Origin: Anaerolineales bacterium
Lineage (GTDB): Bacteria > Chloroflexota > Anaerolineae > Anaerolineales > UBA11579
Length of the DNA stretch: 64,000 nt
Assembly (NCBI GenBank): GCA_040882365.1
Contig: JBBEBI010000028.1
Location: 34,511-98,510, forward strand
Direction of reading: 5' to 3'
Positions 49,423 to 59,450 of the stretch are shown here, in pieces. The position numbers and the translations under genes are program-made. Numbering within the stretch: position 1 is the first letter of the stretch; every line of letters starts with the position of its first letter. The notes under the pieces were generated by a model that was not told the origin of the DNA, searched no databases, and saw only the letters and a program-made list of their open reading frames with translations.

Positions 49423-49986
49423 GTGGCAGCTAATTACGGATTGATGCGCAAGGCCTTTCGCGTCATGAATGCAGCCTTCATGGTGCCTATCTACAGGTTG
49501 GGCTTGGAGCCCATACTTGGCAGCCCAGTTGGCGGCTACATCATGGTCATCAAAACCACAGGTCGCCTCACCGGCAAAACGCGCTACACCCCCGTGAATT
49601 ATGCCATTGCCAATGGGTCTATCTATTGCACTGCCGGGTTTGGGAAAGCCTCGCACTGGGTTAGGAATTTATCAGCAGATCCGAATGTCGAACTCCTGTT
49701 ACCGGCCGGCGCCGTGACCTGCCAAGCCGAAGTGGTAGAAGATACCCAGGAGAAATTCCGCATGCTACGCCAGGTGCTGATCAACTCGGGGTTTGCCGCC
49801 TTTGTATTTGGCCGAATTAACCCCTTTCGCGTAACCACAGAGAAATTGAATGAACTCACCAAAGAATACATAATGCTGCGCTTTCGCCCTATCGGGATTG
49901 GCTCCGGCCCTGCAGATCAAGGCAGCTGGCTCTGGATTTGGCCAACCGCAGCCATAATTGCTCTCATTTGGTGGCTGCGTCGCTGA
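49423..49986 (+). CDS. Deazaflavin (F420H2)-dependent nitroreductase family protein
   Basis: TTGRLTGKTRYTPV, HWVRNLSADPNV. Confidence 0.85.
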   Translation: MAANYGLMRKAFRVMNAAFMVPIYRLGLEPILGSPVGGYIMVIKTTGRLTGKTRYTPVNYAIANGSIYCTAGFGKASHWVRNLSADPNVELLLPAGAVTCQAEVVEDTQEKFRMLRQVLINSGFAAFVFGRINPFRVTTEKLNELTKEYIMLRFRPIGIGSGPADQGSWLWIWPTAAIIALIWWLRR

Positions 49987-50036
49987 GTCAATTGCTGTTA
50001 TCAATCCCCCTCTAAATTTCGCGTTATCATCTGGTT

Positions 50037-50609
50037 ATGGCTCCAGTGACTACCATTGAGCCCGTAACTGCCGAGCGCTGGAACGACTTTGCTCAATTAT
50101 TTGGTCCTAGCGGCGCGTACAGCGGCTGCTGGTGCATGTACTCACGCATCACAGGGAACGAGTTCAGCGCCAATGGCAACAAGGGGAACAAGGCCGCCAT
50201 GCGCAAGATCATTGCCCGCAACCAGGTGCCCGGCTTGCTGGCCTACGTAGGCGATAAACCGGCGGGTTGGATTTCCCTCGGGCCGCGCCAGACCTTCGGG
50301 CGCATTGTGCGGTCGCCGCTGTTCAAGCCGTTGGACGATGAACCTGTCTGGTCGGTGGTGTGCTTTTTTATCGGCAAGGACTTCCGGCATAAGGGTGTTG
50401 GCAAGCGCCTGCTTAACGCCGCGGCTGACTACGCTCGCAAGCAAGGTGCCCGCCTTCTGGAAGCCTACCCAATTGACACTCGCGGCAAGCATTGGGAGAA
50501 TGGCGAAGCGGCCATCTTTTGGGGGACCCAATCATTGTTCGAGCAAGCCGGTTTCAAGGTTGTGGCGCGCCGCAAAGACCGTCGGCCGATGATGCGAAAG
50601 GCGCTCTAA
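50037..50609 (+). CDS. GNAT acetyltransferase
   Basis: CWC, VWSVVCFF, FRHKGVG, LEAYP, LFEQAGF. Confidence 0.9.
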   Translation: MAPVTTIEPVTAERWNDFAQLFGPSGAYSGCWCMYSRITGNEFSANGNKGNKAAMRKIIARNQVPGLLAYVGDKPAGWISLGPRQTFGRIVRSPLFKPLDDEPVWSVVCFFIGKDFRHKGVGKRLLNAAADYARKQGARLLEAYPIDTRGKHWENGEAAIFWGTQSLFEQAGFKVVARRKDRRPMMRKAL

Positions 50610-50611
50610 GC

Positions 50612-51039
50612 ATGCGCACCTTTGGCATCATCTTCTTTGTCCTCGGCATCCTGTTGCTTGGGATCGCCGTTATCATCTGGGGTTTCGGATTCGCCTTCCG
50701 CTCACAAGCGAACAGGGCACGGGCACGGTGGTCGAAGTTGAGCTTCGCCATTACTCCGATGGCAACGCGGATTGTCCGGTAGTCAGGTTCACCACCCGGT
50801 TGGGCCAGACCATGACGCATTTCTCGGACATATGCAGCTGGCCGTCGGATTATGAAGTCGGCCAGCAGGCGGGCGTATATTACGACGAACGAGACCCGGA
50901 AAGAGTTCAGCTGGATAACTTCTTCGGTGTCTGGTTCCTTCCCCTGCTCTTCGGCTTCATGGGTCTAATCTTCGGCGGCGTCGGTTTCTTCTCTCTGTTC
51001 CGGAACCTACTCCCATCCCGCCTGTTACGCCGTCAATAG
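50612..51039 (+). pseudogene. DUF3592-like membrane protein with a frameshift
   Basis: The TM-containing ORF from 50612 joins GTVVEV...PVVRF...YD..DPE in another frame near 50719. Confidence 0.7.
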
Positions 51040-51059
51040 AAGCGGCGAGGCGCTGTATG

Positions 51060-51685
51060 CTAAAGACTAACAGCCAAGCTTTCGAGCATTATGCTGGCAG
51101 ACATATTTTCTTTCTCCATCCGTTCCAGATCGCCATTACGAAAAAGCCTTTCTCCTAACAGCACACCATGAGGCACCACCGTTCGCCAAGCTTCCAAAAC
51201 CTGCTGTGACCTTTCTTCAGAGGTGCGAAGATGGGCGACTACCTGGATTGCCACCATCACGATTTCCAACTCCTCATCTTCGGGACCGGTTGCACTCACC
51301 TCTTGCGCGCGCATGTAATTTAAAGCGGTCAGCAACTCCACGCTGCCGCACCTGGGATCTCGGCTAGCGAAAAGAATCTGTTTGACATTAACCATAACGA
51401 TAGCCCTGATACAGAGGGGCAAGGCTCCGCGGTGCTGAACAAGGTACATTCTCTGGGATTATGCTCCTGAAAATCGGCGGACAACAAGGCATTCAACTCG
51501 GCATGCGCCAGTTTATTACCACCAGGCCTTTGCCCGCCAGTGCCTCGGAAGGAGTTACGACCCTTGCCGATGACTTCACCTGATTTATTCACCACAACAG
51601 CGCCGATTGGCAAGGAACCGGCGCAATAGGCTTGCCATGCCTGCTCTACGCATGTTTGCCAGGGAAGTGATAAACGTTCCCACAT
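51060..51685 (-). pseudogene. Nucleoside/tRNA deaminase (CDA/TadA-like) with a frameshift
   Basis: PIGAVVV, HAELNAL, STAEPCP in one frame; LCI.AIVM..V..I.FA in another, with the break at a C-run near 51418. Confidence 0.8.
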
Positions 51686-51711
51686 ATCAATTGTCTGCGG
51701 AGTGGTTGAAG

Positions 51712-53553
51712 TTACTCCACCGTCACACTCTTGGCTAAATTCCTCGGCTGGTCCACGTCTAGGCCGCGCAGGCTGGCGATGTGATAGGCCAGCAGCTGTA
51801 GCGGGATCACGGTGACCACCGGGTTGAGCATCCAGGGGGTCCCCGGTACCCACAGAACGTGATCGGCCAGCGTCGGGATCAGCTCGTCGCCAACGGTAGC
51901 CACGGCGATCACCTTGCCGCCGCGGGCCTTGGCCTGCTCGATCTGGCTGATCATCTTTTCGTACCAGGGATCGCGTGGGGCGATGGCCACTACCGGCATC
52001 TCGGGGTCGATGAGAGCGATGGGGCCATGTTTCATCTCACCCGCCGGATATCCTTCGGCGTGGATATATGAAATCTCCTTCAATTTGAGGGCCCCCTCGA
52101 AGGCCGTGGCGGTGTTGATGCCGCGCCCAAGATAGAGGCAATGCGAAATGTCCTTCAGATCTTCGGCAACGGCCATCACTTCGCTCTCGCGCTCGAGGCA
52201 AGCCGAAGCCCATTCAGGGACATGGCTCAACTCCCCCACCATGGCGCGACGTTCTTTATCGCCGATGACTCCGCGCAGATCTGCAAGTAAGATGGCCAGC
52301 ATGTATAGATCGACCAAGGGCGCCGTGTAGGCTTTGGTCGACGCCACCCCGATCTCAGGTCCGGTCTGCATCGATATGTGGCCGTCGGCAATACGCATGG
52401 CCTGTGAGCCGATGGCGTTGATGATGGACCACAGAGTGGCGCCACGCTTCTTTCCCTCGGCCATGGCGGCCAGGGTATCGGCCGTTTCTCCTGATTGGCT
52501 GATGGCCAGCACCACACTGTTCTTGTCCACCAGGGGATCGCGATAGCGAAACTCGGAGGCAATGTCGAACTCCACCGGAATACGGGCAATACGCTCGACC
52601 AGCGTTTTCCCCACCATGCCGGCATAGCCTGCAGTGCCGCAGGCGATGATAAAGATCTTTTCGATCTTGCGCGCCAGTTTTTCGTCCAGTTTCAGATCGG
52701 GGAGCAGGATGCGCCCGCTCTCGAAATCCACCCGCCCGGTGATGGTGTCGGTAAGTGAACGCACTTGTTCGTGGATCTCTTTTTGCATAAAGTGGCGATA
52801 TTCGCCCTTCTCGGCAGCCACCGGATCCCAGGATACGCTATCGACTTTGTACTCCAGTTCATGGCCTTCCAGGTCGCGCAGAGTCAGTCCCCCGCGGGTA
52901 ACGGAAACCACTTGCCCTGACTCCAGGAACACTACGTCTCGCGTGTGTTCCAGGATAGCCGGAAGGTCCGAGGCCAGGAACATTTCGCCCTTTCCGAAGC
53001 CCACCACGACCCCACCCGCATTGCCAATGCGAGCGGCCACAATGCGGTCGGGCTGCCTAGAACTGAAAAGTACCACGCCGTGGTGACCGCGCAGATGGTT
53101 CAGGGCGCGCCTGGCGGCCTCTTCGATGCTGACATCCTGAGACAGGTAGCGCTCCACCAGGTGCACGATGATCTCGGTATCGGTGTCGGATTTGAAGATC
53201 ACCCCTTCGGCTTGAAGTTCATCCTTGAGCTCGAGGTAATTCTCGACAATACCGTTGTGCACCAGCACCACCTCGCCGGTGGCGCCCATATGCGGGTGAG
53301 CATTGCGGGCGCTGGGTTCCCCGTGCGTGGCCCAGCGCGTATGGCCGATGCCCAGCTTGCCGTCCAGCGGCTCCTTTTCGACTAGCGAGAAAAGTCGGCT
53401 CAGTTTGCCGGCGTCGCGGCGCACTTCGATGTGCGAGTTCTGCAGCACGGCAATGCCGGCCGAGTCGTAGCCGCGATATTCAAGGCGCTTGAGGCCATTG
53501 AGTATGATCGGCGTGGCATCCCGTTCGCCGATGTATCCAACTATTCCACACAT
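51712..53553 (-). CDS. glmS: Glutamine--fructose-6-phosphate aminotransferase
   Basis: MCGIVG, LEYRGYDSAG, GHTRWATHG, SQSGETADT, PRNLAKSVTVE. Confidence 0.98.
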   Translation of the reverse strand: MCGIVGYIGERDATPIILNGLKRLEYRGYDSAGIAVLQNSHIEVRRDAGKLSRLFSLVEKEPLDGKLGIGHTRWATHGEPSARNAHPHMGATGEVVLVHNGIVENYLELKDELQAEGVIFKSDTDTEIIVHLVERYLSQDVSIEEAARRALNHLRGHHGVVLFSSRQPDRIVAARIGNAGGVVVGFGKGEMFLASDLPAILEHTRDVVFLESGQVVSVTRGGLTLRDLEGHELEYKVDSVSWDPVAAEKGEYRHFMQKEIHEQVRSLTDTITGRVDFESGRILLPDLKLDEKLARKIEKIFIIACGTAGYAGMVGKTLVERIARIPVEFDIASEFRYRDPLVDKNSVVLAISQSGETADTLAAMAEGKKRGATLWSIINAIGSQAMRIADGHISMQTGPEIGVASTKAYTAPLVDLYMLAILLADLRGVIGDKERRAMVGELSHVPEWASACLERESEVMAVAEDLKDISHCLYLGRGINTATAFEGALKLKEISYIHAEGYPAGEMKHGPIALIDPEMPVVAIAPRDPWYEKMISQIEQAKARGGKVIAVATVGDELIPTLADHVLWVPGTPWMLNPVVTVIPLQLLAYHIASLRGLDVDQPRNLAKSVTVE

Positions 53554-53594
53554 ATTTAGGGACCCTCCAAGGGATCCGCTGGTCCACTCAACCG

Positions 53595-53835
53595 TGCCGC
53601 CCGTTTTTGTCCGCCGGATTACTCCCGCGGCATTGCTCGGGCTTTTTCAATTGGAGGGAAATTGTCGGGGCGGTCTTCCCCGGAAGGTATCCGCTGATCT
53701 TTCGATTTTCGCAGCCGAGTTACCCGGCTGCTTAGGTTCACTTCGCAGTGAACAACCTTCATCCTCGTCACCCTCGCACATAGGCTTGACAGCAATTTGC
53801 GTTGTCAAACAAGTGCAAGGGGCATGCGCTGTTTC
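53595..53835 (-). ncRNA. glmS riboswitch-ribozyme (variant with insertion)
   Basis: Cleavage-site AGCGC (53830), P1 hairpin, GACGAGG (53769-53763), AUCGAA..CAGCGGAU core, P2 GAAGG/CCUUC, P4 with a GUAA loop and ACAAAA; located in the glmS 5' UTR. Confidence 0.88.
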
Positions 53836-54084
53836 CCTCAGTCTCTATTCGCTTCTGATAGATCCTCCGCCTGAGTTAGTGGGCGGAATTATACCTGCGG
53901 GGATTTCCTTTTGGAGGGGATAATAGAGGACTTGAAGCCATGGCAGATTAATGGAATCTGCGCATGGTAAAATCACTCGTTTGCGATTAAATTCCCAACT
54001 AGTGCGATAAATCAGGGAAAACCCGAACAGTGAAACCGACACCAACCGGAATCAGCATACCCAATCCTTAGTTCGGGAGATCGA

Positions 54085-55131
54085 GTGGCATTTAATCCTC
54101 TTAACTGGATCCTGGGTCTCTTCTCCCTGGATATTGGCATCGATCTGGGAACGGCCAATACCCTGGTGTTTGTGCGCGGTAAGGGCATTGTCATCAACGA
54201 GCCGTCCTGGGTGGCCGTGGAAAAGCGCACCCGCCGCCCGATCGCGGTGGGCAAAGAAGCCAAGGAGATGATGGGCCGCACCCCAAAGAACGTCGTCGTC
54301 GTGCGGCCGCTGCGCGACGGCGTCATTTCCGAATTCGAGATTACCGAGGAGATGCTGGCCTACTTCATCAGTAAGGCCCACGAGCAAAGTATCGTGCCCC
54401 TGCCCCGGCCGCGGGTAGTCATCGGTGTGCCCACCGGCGTCACTGAAGTCGAAAAACGAGCCGTCAACGACGCCGCCCTGCTGGCTGGCGCCCGCTCTGT
54501 TTACCTCATCGAGGAACCCACGGCTTCGGCCCTGGCGGTAGGGCTGCCCATCAACCAAGTAGGCGGCACCGTGATCGTGGATATCGGCGGCGGCACCTCC
54601 GAGGTCACAGTATTTTCCATGGGGGGTATCGTCAGTTCCAAATCCCTACGTCTGGCCGGCGACGAAATGGATTTGGCCGTGATGCAGTACATCCGCAACA
54701 AGTACAACATCCTCATCGGCGAACGCGCCGCCGAACAGGTGAAGATCAAGATCGGTTCAGCCTTCCCACTGAAAGAGGAAAAAACCACCACGGTGCGCGG
54801 CCGCAACCTTATAAATGGGTTACCTGAAACCTTGGAAATCTCGTCGATCGAGATCCGCGAAGCACTATCGAATGTCGTAAACAGCATCGTGCAGGCGGTG
54901 AAAGAAACCGTCGATGACATCCCGGCTGAAATGATCGGCGACGTGATGGACGCAGGCATCTGCATGTCCGGCGGCGGCTCGCTGTTGCGAGGCCTGGACG
55001 AGCGATTGAGCGAGGAATTGCGCATCCGCTGCTGGGTGGCGGAGGATGCCATGACCTGCGTGGCGCGCGGCGCCGGCCTGGTCCTCGAAGATATCAACGC
55101 CCATCAGCATCTGCTGCTCCGGTTGGATTAG
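54085..55131 (+). CDS. mreB: Rod shape-determining protein MreB
   Basis: GIDLGTANT, RPLRDGVI, TEVEKRA, DIGGGT. Confidence 0.96.
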   Translation: MAFNPLNWILGLFSLDIGIDLGTANTLVFVRGKGIVINEPSWVAVEKRTRRPIAVGKEAKEMMGRTPKNVVVVRPLRDGVISEFEITEEMLAYFISKAHEQSIVPLPRPRVVIGVPTGVTEVEKRAVNDAALLAGARSVYLIEEPTASALAVGLPINQVGGTVIVDIGGGTSEVTVFSMGGIVSSKSLRLAGDEMDLAVMQYIRNKYNILIGERAAEQVKIKIGSAFPLKEEKTTTVRGRNLINGLPETLEISSIEIREALSNVVNSIVQAVKETVDDIPAEMIGDVMDAGICMSGGGSLLRGLDERLSEELRIRCWVAEDAMTCVARGAGLVLEDINAHQHLLLRLD

Positions 55132-55248
55132 AAGGTGGTCCGCAGGCCCGGTCGCCCTTTTGCCTATCGCCTAAAGTCCCGATTTCCTTGCCGCAGATAA
55201 TCCAGCATTCTCCCTCCTCACGGGATATTATCGAGGCGTGGCCTTCCA

Positions 55249-56088
55249 ATGCGTTTTCCAAAAAATAACCCCTACCAATTAGTAGCCCTGATCCTTTTGG
55301 CAGCCGGTCTGCTGCTCCTGGCTCTCGCCGGCTATCTCAGCCCTCTGCTAAACTCCGTCTTGCAGCCCATCTACGGGGCGCAGGCCTGGCTCTATGATCG
55401 TTTCCAGGCCATCCAGGATTTCATCAACGCCCCGGCCGACATAGCGCGTCTCCGCCAGGAAAACGCCGAACTTAATTCCGAGAACGCCGCGCTGCAGACA
55501 CAGATCATCGCGCTCCAGCAGCAGGTCACCGAGATCGAGTTACTATCTGCTCTGCTGGATTTTGCGCGCGCCCGCCCCGAAAACGCCTACCAGGCGGCTG
55601 CCGTCATAGGCCGCGATCCGAGTCCCTTTTTGCACTACGTGATCATCAACCGCGGCTCGGATGACGGCATCCGCCGCGGCATGCCGGTGGTGGCCCAGCA
55701 AGGCATGGTTGGCCGCGTGGCCCAGGTGACCGCCAATGCCGCGCGCGTGGAATTGATCACCGACCCGGCCGCCCAGGTGAGCGTGCGCCTGCAGCCCTCC
55801 GATGTGGATGGCATGTTGAGCGGCAGCATCATCGGGGACCTGGCTATCGATCTGATCCCCCAAGATGCCACCCTGCAAGCCGGCGATCTGGTGTTCACCT
55901 CCGGGATCGGAGGCCTATACCCCGGCAACATTCTTATTGGCCAAGTGAGCAGCGTTCAGCAAGAAGCACAGGCTCTCTTCCAGACCGCCACTGTGCAACC
56001 GGCCGTCGATTTCACCCGATTGGAAATCGTTTTAGTTATCGTCAATTTCCAGCCTGTGGACGTGGCTCCGCTGTTGACTTCCCCATAA
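55249..56088 (+). CDS. mreC: MreC
   Basis: TM plus coiled coil, INRGSDDGI..GMPV, TSGIGGLYP; synteny. Confidence 0.92.
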   Translation: MRFPKNNPYQLVALILLAAGLLLLALAGYLSPLLNSVLQPIYGAQAWLYDRFQAIQDFINAPADIARLRQENAELNSENAALQTQIIALQQQVTEIELLSALLDFARARPENAYQAAAVIGRDPSPFLHYVIINRGSDDGIRRGMPVVAQQGMVGRVAQVTANAARVELITDPAAQVSVRLQPSDVDGMLSGSIIGDLAIDLIPQDATLQAGDLVFTSGIGGLYPGNILIGQVSSVQQEAQALFQTATVQPAVDFTRLEIVLVIVNFQPVDVAPLLTSP

Positions 56089-56101
56089 GGCATACCCGAT
56101 C

Positions 56102-56602
56102 ATGCGCATCTTCGCGGGGATCGTTCTCCTTTTAGGCGCGGCCCTTCTGCAAATTACTCTGTTCACTCGCATCACCCTGCTACAGGGTTCGGTTGATTTC
56201 GTCCTGCTTGTACTGGTGGCGTGGATGCTGCTGCCCGCCAATCGATCTGATTGGAAATGGGGTTTGCCGGCAGGGATTATGCTGGGTTTTGCCAGCGCCT
56301 TGCCCGATTGGGTATTATGGATAGGGTATGCGGGGGCGGCGGGAATTTGCCAGTTATTAAAACAGCGCATTTGGCAAGGCCGGTTACTTACTTTGTTTTC
56401 CGCCACCATGCTTGGGACCCTGGCAATACACCTGGTTACCATGGCTTATCTATTCGTCAGCGCTCATCCAATGGATGCACTCGAAGCGCTAAATCTGATC
56501 ACCGTTCCAACCATGTTGCTAAACCTCATTTTTATCTTACCTATCTATGCAATAATGGGCGAGGTGCAGAAACTGGTCAGCCCAGCTGAAGGGCGTGCAT
56601 GA
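56102..56602 (+). CDS. mreD: MreD
   Basis: Hydrophobic 166-aa protein between mreC and mrdA. Confidence 0.75.
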   Translation: MRIFAGIVLLLGAALLQITLFTRITLLQGSVDFVLLVLVAWMLLPANRSDWKWGLPAGIMLGFASALPDWVLWIGYAGAAGICQLLKQRIWQGRLLTLFSATMLGTLAIHLVTMAYLFVSAHPMDALEALNLITVPTMLLNLIFILPIYAIMGEVQKLVSPAEGRA

Positions 56603-58677
56603 ACATTAACACCCCAAAGCCAACCGGGAAGTCAGCTCTCGAGTCGTGGAGGCTTTTCGGCTTCCTGGCGGCTATCGGTTTTGTTTTCCTCGTATTCAGC
56701 CTACGCCTCTTTTACCTGCAAGTTCTCGAGCATGAAAACTGGTTGCGCCAGGCAAACGATAACCGCACCGAAACGATCAGCCTGGCTCCGCAGCGGGGCG
56801 TGATCTACGATCGCAATGGGATCGTGCTGGCGCAAAACGTGGCTTCTTATAACGTGGTCATCATCCCTGCGCTTCTACCGGATGATACCGGTGAGATCGA
56901 GCAGATCATCCTCGAATTGTCCACCATTACCGGAGTGCCCGTGACCAAGGGGTCCATCGAGGAACCTTTGATCCCCTGCGGAGACAACCTGGGCCTCACC
57001 GAGATGGTCGAAATCCAGACCTCCTTCTCACCTTACGATCCTGTGTTGATCCAATGCAATGTGTCGCGCGATATGGCTCTTTCGGTCAAGGAAAAGGCGG
57101 TGGATTGGCCTGGTGTGGACGTACAAATCGAGCCTGTGCGTGATTACCCTACCGGGGATCTGACGGCCACGGTAATCGGTTATCTGGGGCCCATTCCCGC
57201 CGTTCAGGAAGCCGAATTACGTGCGCTTGGCTTCGTACCCAATCGAGACAAGGTCGGATATGGTGGAATGGAACTTTATTTCGATGAGCTCCTGCGGGGA
57301 GTTCCCGGCCAGCGGGTTGTGGAAAGGGACGTCGGTGGACAAATTCTGCGCGACGTTGAGCCACCGATTGAGGCCCAAGCTGGGCTGAATCTTGTAGTGA
57401 CGCTGGACACACGCTTGCAACAAGCTGCCAGCACCATTCTTCAGGACGAGATTGACGAATGGAATTTCTTTAGCGGAGAAATCACCATGACCAGCGGCGT
57501 AGTGATCGCTATGGACCCACGCACCGGCGAAATCCTCGCCATGGTTTCTTGGCCGAGTTATGAGAACAACCGCTTCGCGCGCTTCATCCCAGCATACTAC
57601 TACGAGCAGCTTGTCGCGGATGCCACTCACCCTTTGGTGAACAATGCTGTAGGAGCAGAGATCCCCGTCGGATCGGTGTTTAAGTTGGTCACCGCTGTTG
57701 GCATCCTGAACGAAGGCGTGGTAAGCCCAAACCAGATCATTCAGACGCCTGGCCTGATAACGGTGACCGAACGCTTCTTCGAGGGCGAAGCTGGCCGGGC
57801 GCGGGAGTTCATCGACTGGAACGAAGCCGGCTTCGGCCAGTTAAATTTCATCGGGGGCCTGGCCAATTCCAGCAACGTTTATTTCTACAAAGTTGGCGGC
57901 GGCTATCAGGATGAAGTGCCCGAAGGGCTAGGAATCTGCCGTCTGGGTACCTATGCCCGCGCCCTTGGCTACGGATCCGAGCTGAACATCGAGCAACCCT
58001 ATGAAGTGGATGGGCTGGTGCCGGATCCAACTTGGAAACGCCGCACACAGGGCGAGAACTGGTCCACCGGTGACACCTACATTTCCAGCGTGGGACAGGG
58101 CTTCGTGCTGGCCTCCCCGCTTCAAATCCTGATGTCTGCGGCAACGATCGCCAACGATGGCGTGCAAATGCAGCCTACCTTGCTGCGTGAGCTGGTGGAC
58201 GGCAACGGCAATGTGGTGCAGGAGTTCGAACCTCAAGTGCGTTGGGACATAACCAAAGATCCGATGATTGAAAAATACGAAAATCCCTCGGGGATCGGGG
58301 CGTGCCGTCCGACGGGCGAAGTGGTCACCGTGGAGCCATGGGTGATCGAGACTGTGCAACAGGGCATGCGTGGGGCGGTGCAATTCGGCACCCTGGCCGA
58401 GGAATTCGCCGATTTCCCCATCGCCGCGGCCGGCAAGACAGGGACGGCCGAATATTGCGACGAGACGGCCTTCAATAAAAACCTGTGCCAATACGGTAAC
58501 TGGCCCAGCCACGCCTGGACCCTGGCATACGCGCCATTCGACGACCCTGAGATTGCCGTCATCGCCTTCGTTTACAACGGTAAAGAGGGCGCCACGGTGG
58601 CTGCCCCTATAGTTCGCCAGGTCATCGAAGCCTATTTCGGCCTTAAAGAAATTGACACCCTGCTCGGAAACCGCTGA
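56599..58677 (+). CDS. mrdA: Penicillin-binding protein 2
   Basis: RGVIYDRNG, GSVFK (SxxK), SSN, KTGTAE. Confidence 0.93.
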   Translation: MNINTPKPTGKSALESWRLFGFLAAIGFVFLVFSLRLFYLQVLEHENWLRQANDNRTETISLAPQRGVIYDRNGIVLAQNVASYNVVIIPALLPDDTGEIEQIILELSTITGVPVTKGSIEEPLIPCGDNLGLTEMVEIQTSFSPYDPVLIQCNVSRDMALSVKEKAVDWPGVDVQIEPVRDYPTGDLTATVIGYLGPIPAVQEAELRALGFVPNRDKVGYGGMELYFDELLRGVPGQRVVERDVGGQILRDVEPPIEAQAGLNLVVTLDTRLQQAASTILQDEIDEWNFFSGEITMTSGVVIAMDPRTGEILAMVSWPSYENNRFARFIPAYYYEQLVADATHPLVNNAVGAEIPVGSVFKLVTAVGILNEGVVSPNQIIQTPGLITVTERFFEGEAGRAREFIDWNEAGFGQLNFIGGLANSSNVYFYKVGGGYQDEVPEGLGICRLGTYARALGYGSELNIEQPYEVDGLVPDPTWKRRTQGENWSTGDTYISSVGQGFVLASPLQILMSAATIANDGVQMQPTLLRELVDGNGNVVQEFEPQVRWDITKDPMIEKYENPSGIGACRPTGEVVTVEPWVIETVQQGMRGAVQFGTLAEEFADFPIAAAGKTGTAEYCDETAFNKNLCQYGNWPSHAWTLAYAPFDDPEIAVIAFVYNGKEGATVAAPIVRQVIEAYFGLKEIDTLLGNR

Positions 58678-58735
58678 GCAGTTCGCCCACGCCTTCTCCA
58701 GCGACCAAACAGACCGGATGCTATAATTTTTTTAA

Positions 58736-59428
58736 ATGTCGGTACAGATTAAAGGCATCCGCGAAGGCCTGTTGGTTTCGATCGACAGCGAAGAGTGGCC
58801 TGTGGCGGAAAGGAATCTGCTCGAGGAGTTGGATCGCCAAAAAGAATTCCTTAAAGGCGCCAAACTCATCCTGAATTTGGAAGGGCACGATATCACCGCC
58901 GCGTCCATGGGCCGGCTGCGCGATCAACTCTCCGACCAAGGCCTCTCGCTGTGGGGTGTGTTGAGTCGTTCCCCGCTAACCGAGCGGAGCGCCCAAGCCA
59001 TGGGCCTGGCAACTCGCATCCACGGTAGCGAGCCCGAGCCTGAAGAAGAAATAGTGGAAGAAGAGGCACCGGAGGCGCAGCCGGCTGGAAGCGCAGTTCT
59101 GTTGAAGAAGACTCTGCGCTCCGGGTCAAACATCACCCATCATGGTGACGTCACCGTGATAGGCGATGTGAACCCTGGCGCACAAATTGTGGCCGGAGGC
59201 GATGTAGTGATCTGGGGCCGCCTGCGCGGCCTGGTGCACGCAGGCGCCGAAGGCAACGAAAGCGCGGTGGTTTGCGCCATGGACCTGTCGCCCACTCAAT
59301 TGCGCATTGCCGGGCACATCGCCATCCCACCTAAGGAACGGGGCACGCCGCGGCCAGAGATCGCGTTTGTGCGCGACGGACAGGTAGTGGCCGAAGAGTG
59401 GGCGCCACCCAGCGCCACGGCGCAATAA
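58736..59428 (+). CDS. minC: Septum site-determining protein MinC
   Basis: TLRSG, GDVNPGA, LRGLVHAG, QLRIA. Confidence 0.95.
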   Translation: MSVQIKGIREGLLVSIDSEEWPVAERNLLEELDRQKEFLKGAKLILNLEGHDITAASMGRLRDQLSDQGLSLWGVLSRSPLTERSAQAMGLATRIHGSEPEPEEEIVEEEAPEAQPAGSAVLLKKTLRSGSNITHHGDVTVIGDVNPGAQIVAGGDVVIWGRLRGLVHAGAEGNESAVVCAMDLSPTQLRIAGHIAIPPKERGTPRPEIAFVRDGQVVAEEWAPPSATAQ

Positions 59429-59450
59429 TAATACTAAGGAATAGTAACTA

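Noticed and set aside
51690-51760. Tn7 insertion at the glmS attachment site
   Set aside because: No TGT-starting transposon end with repeated binding sites and no tns genes are evident.
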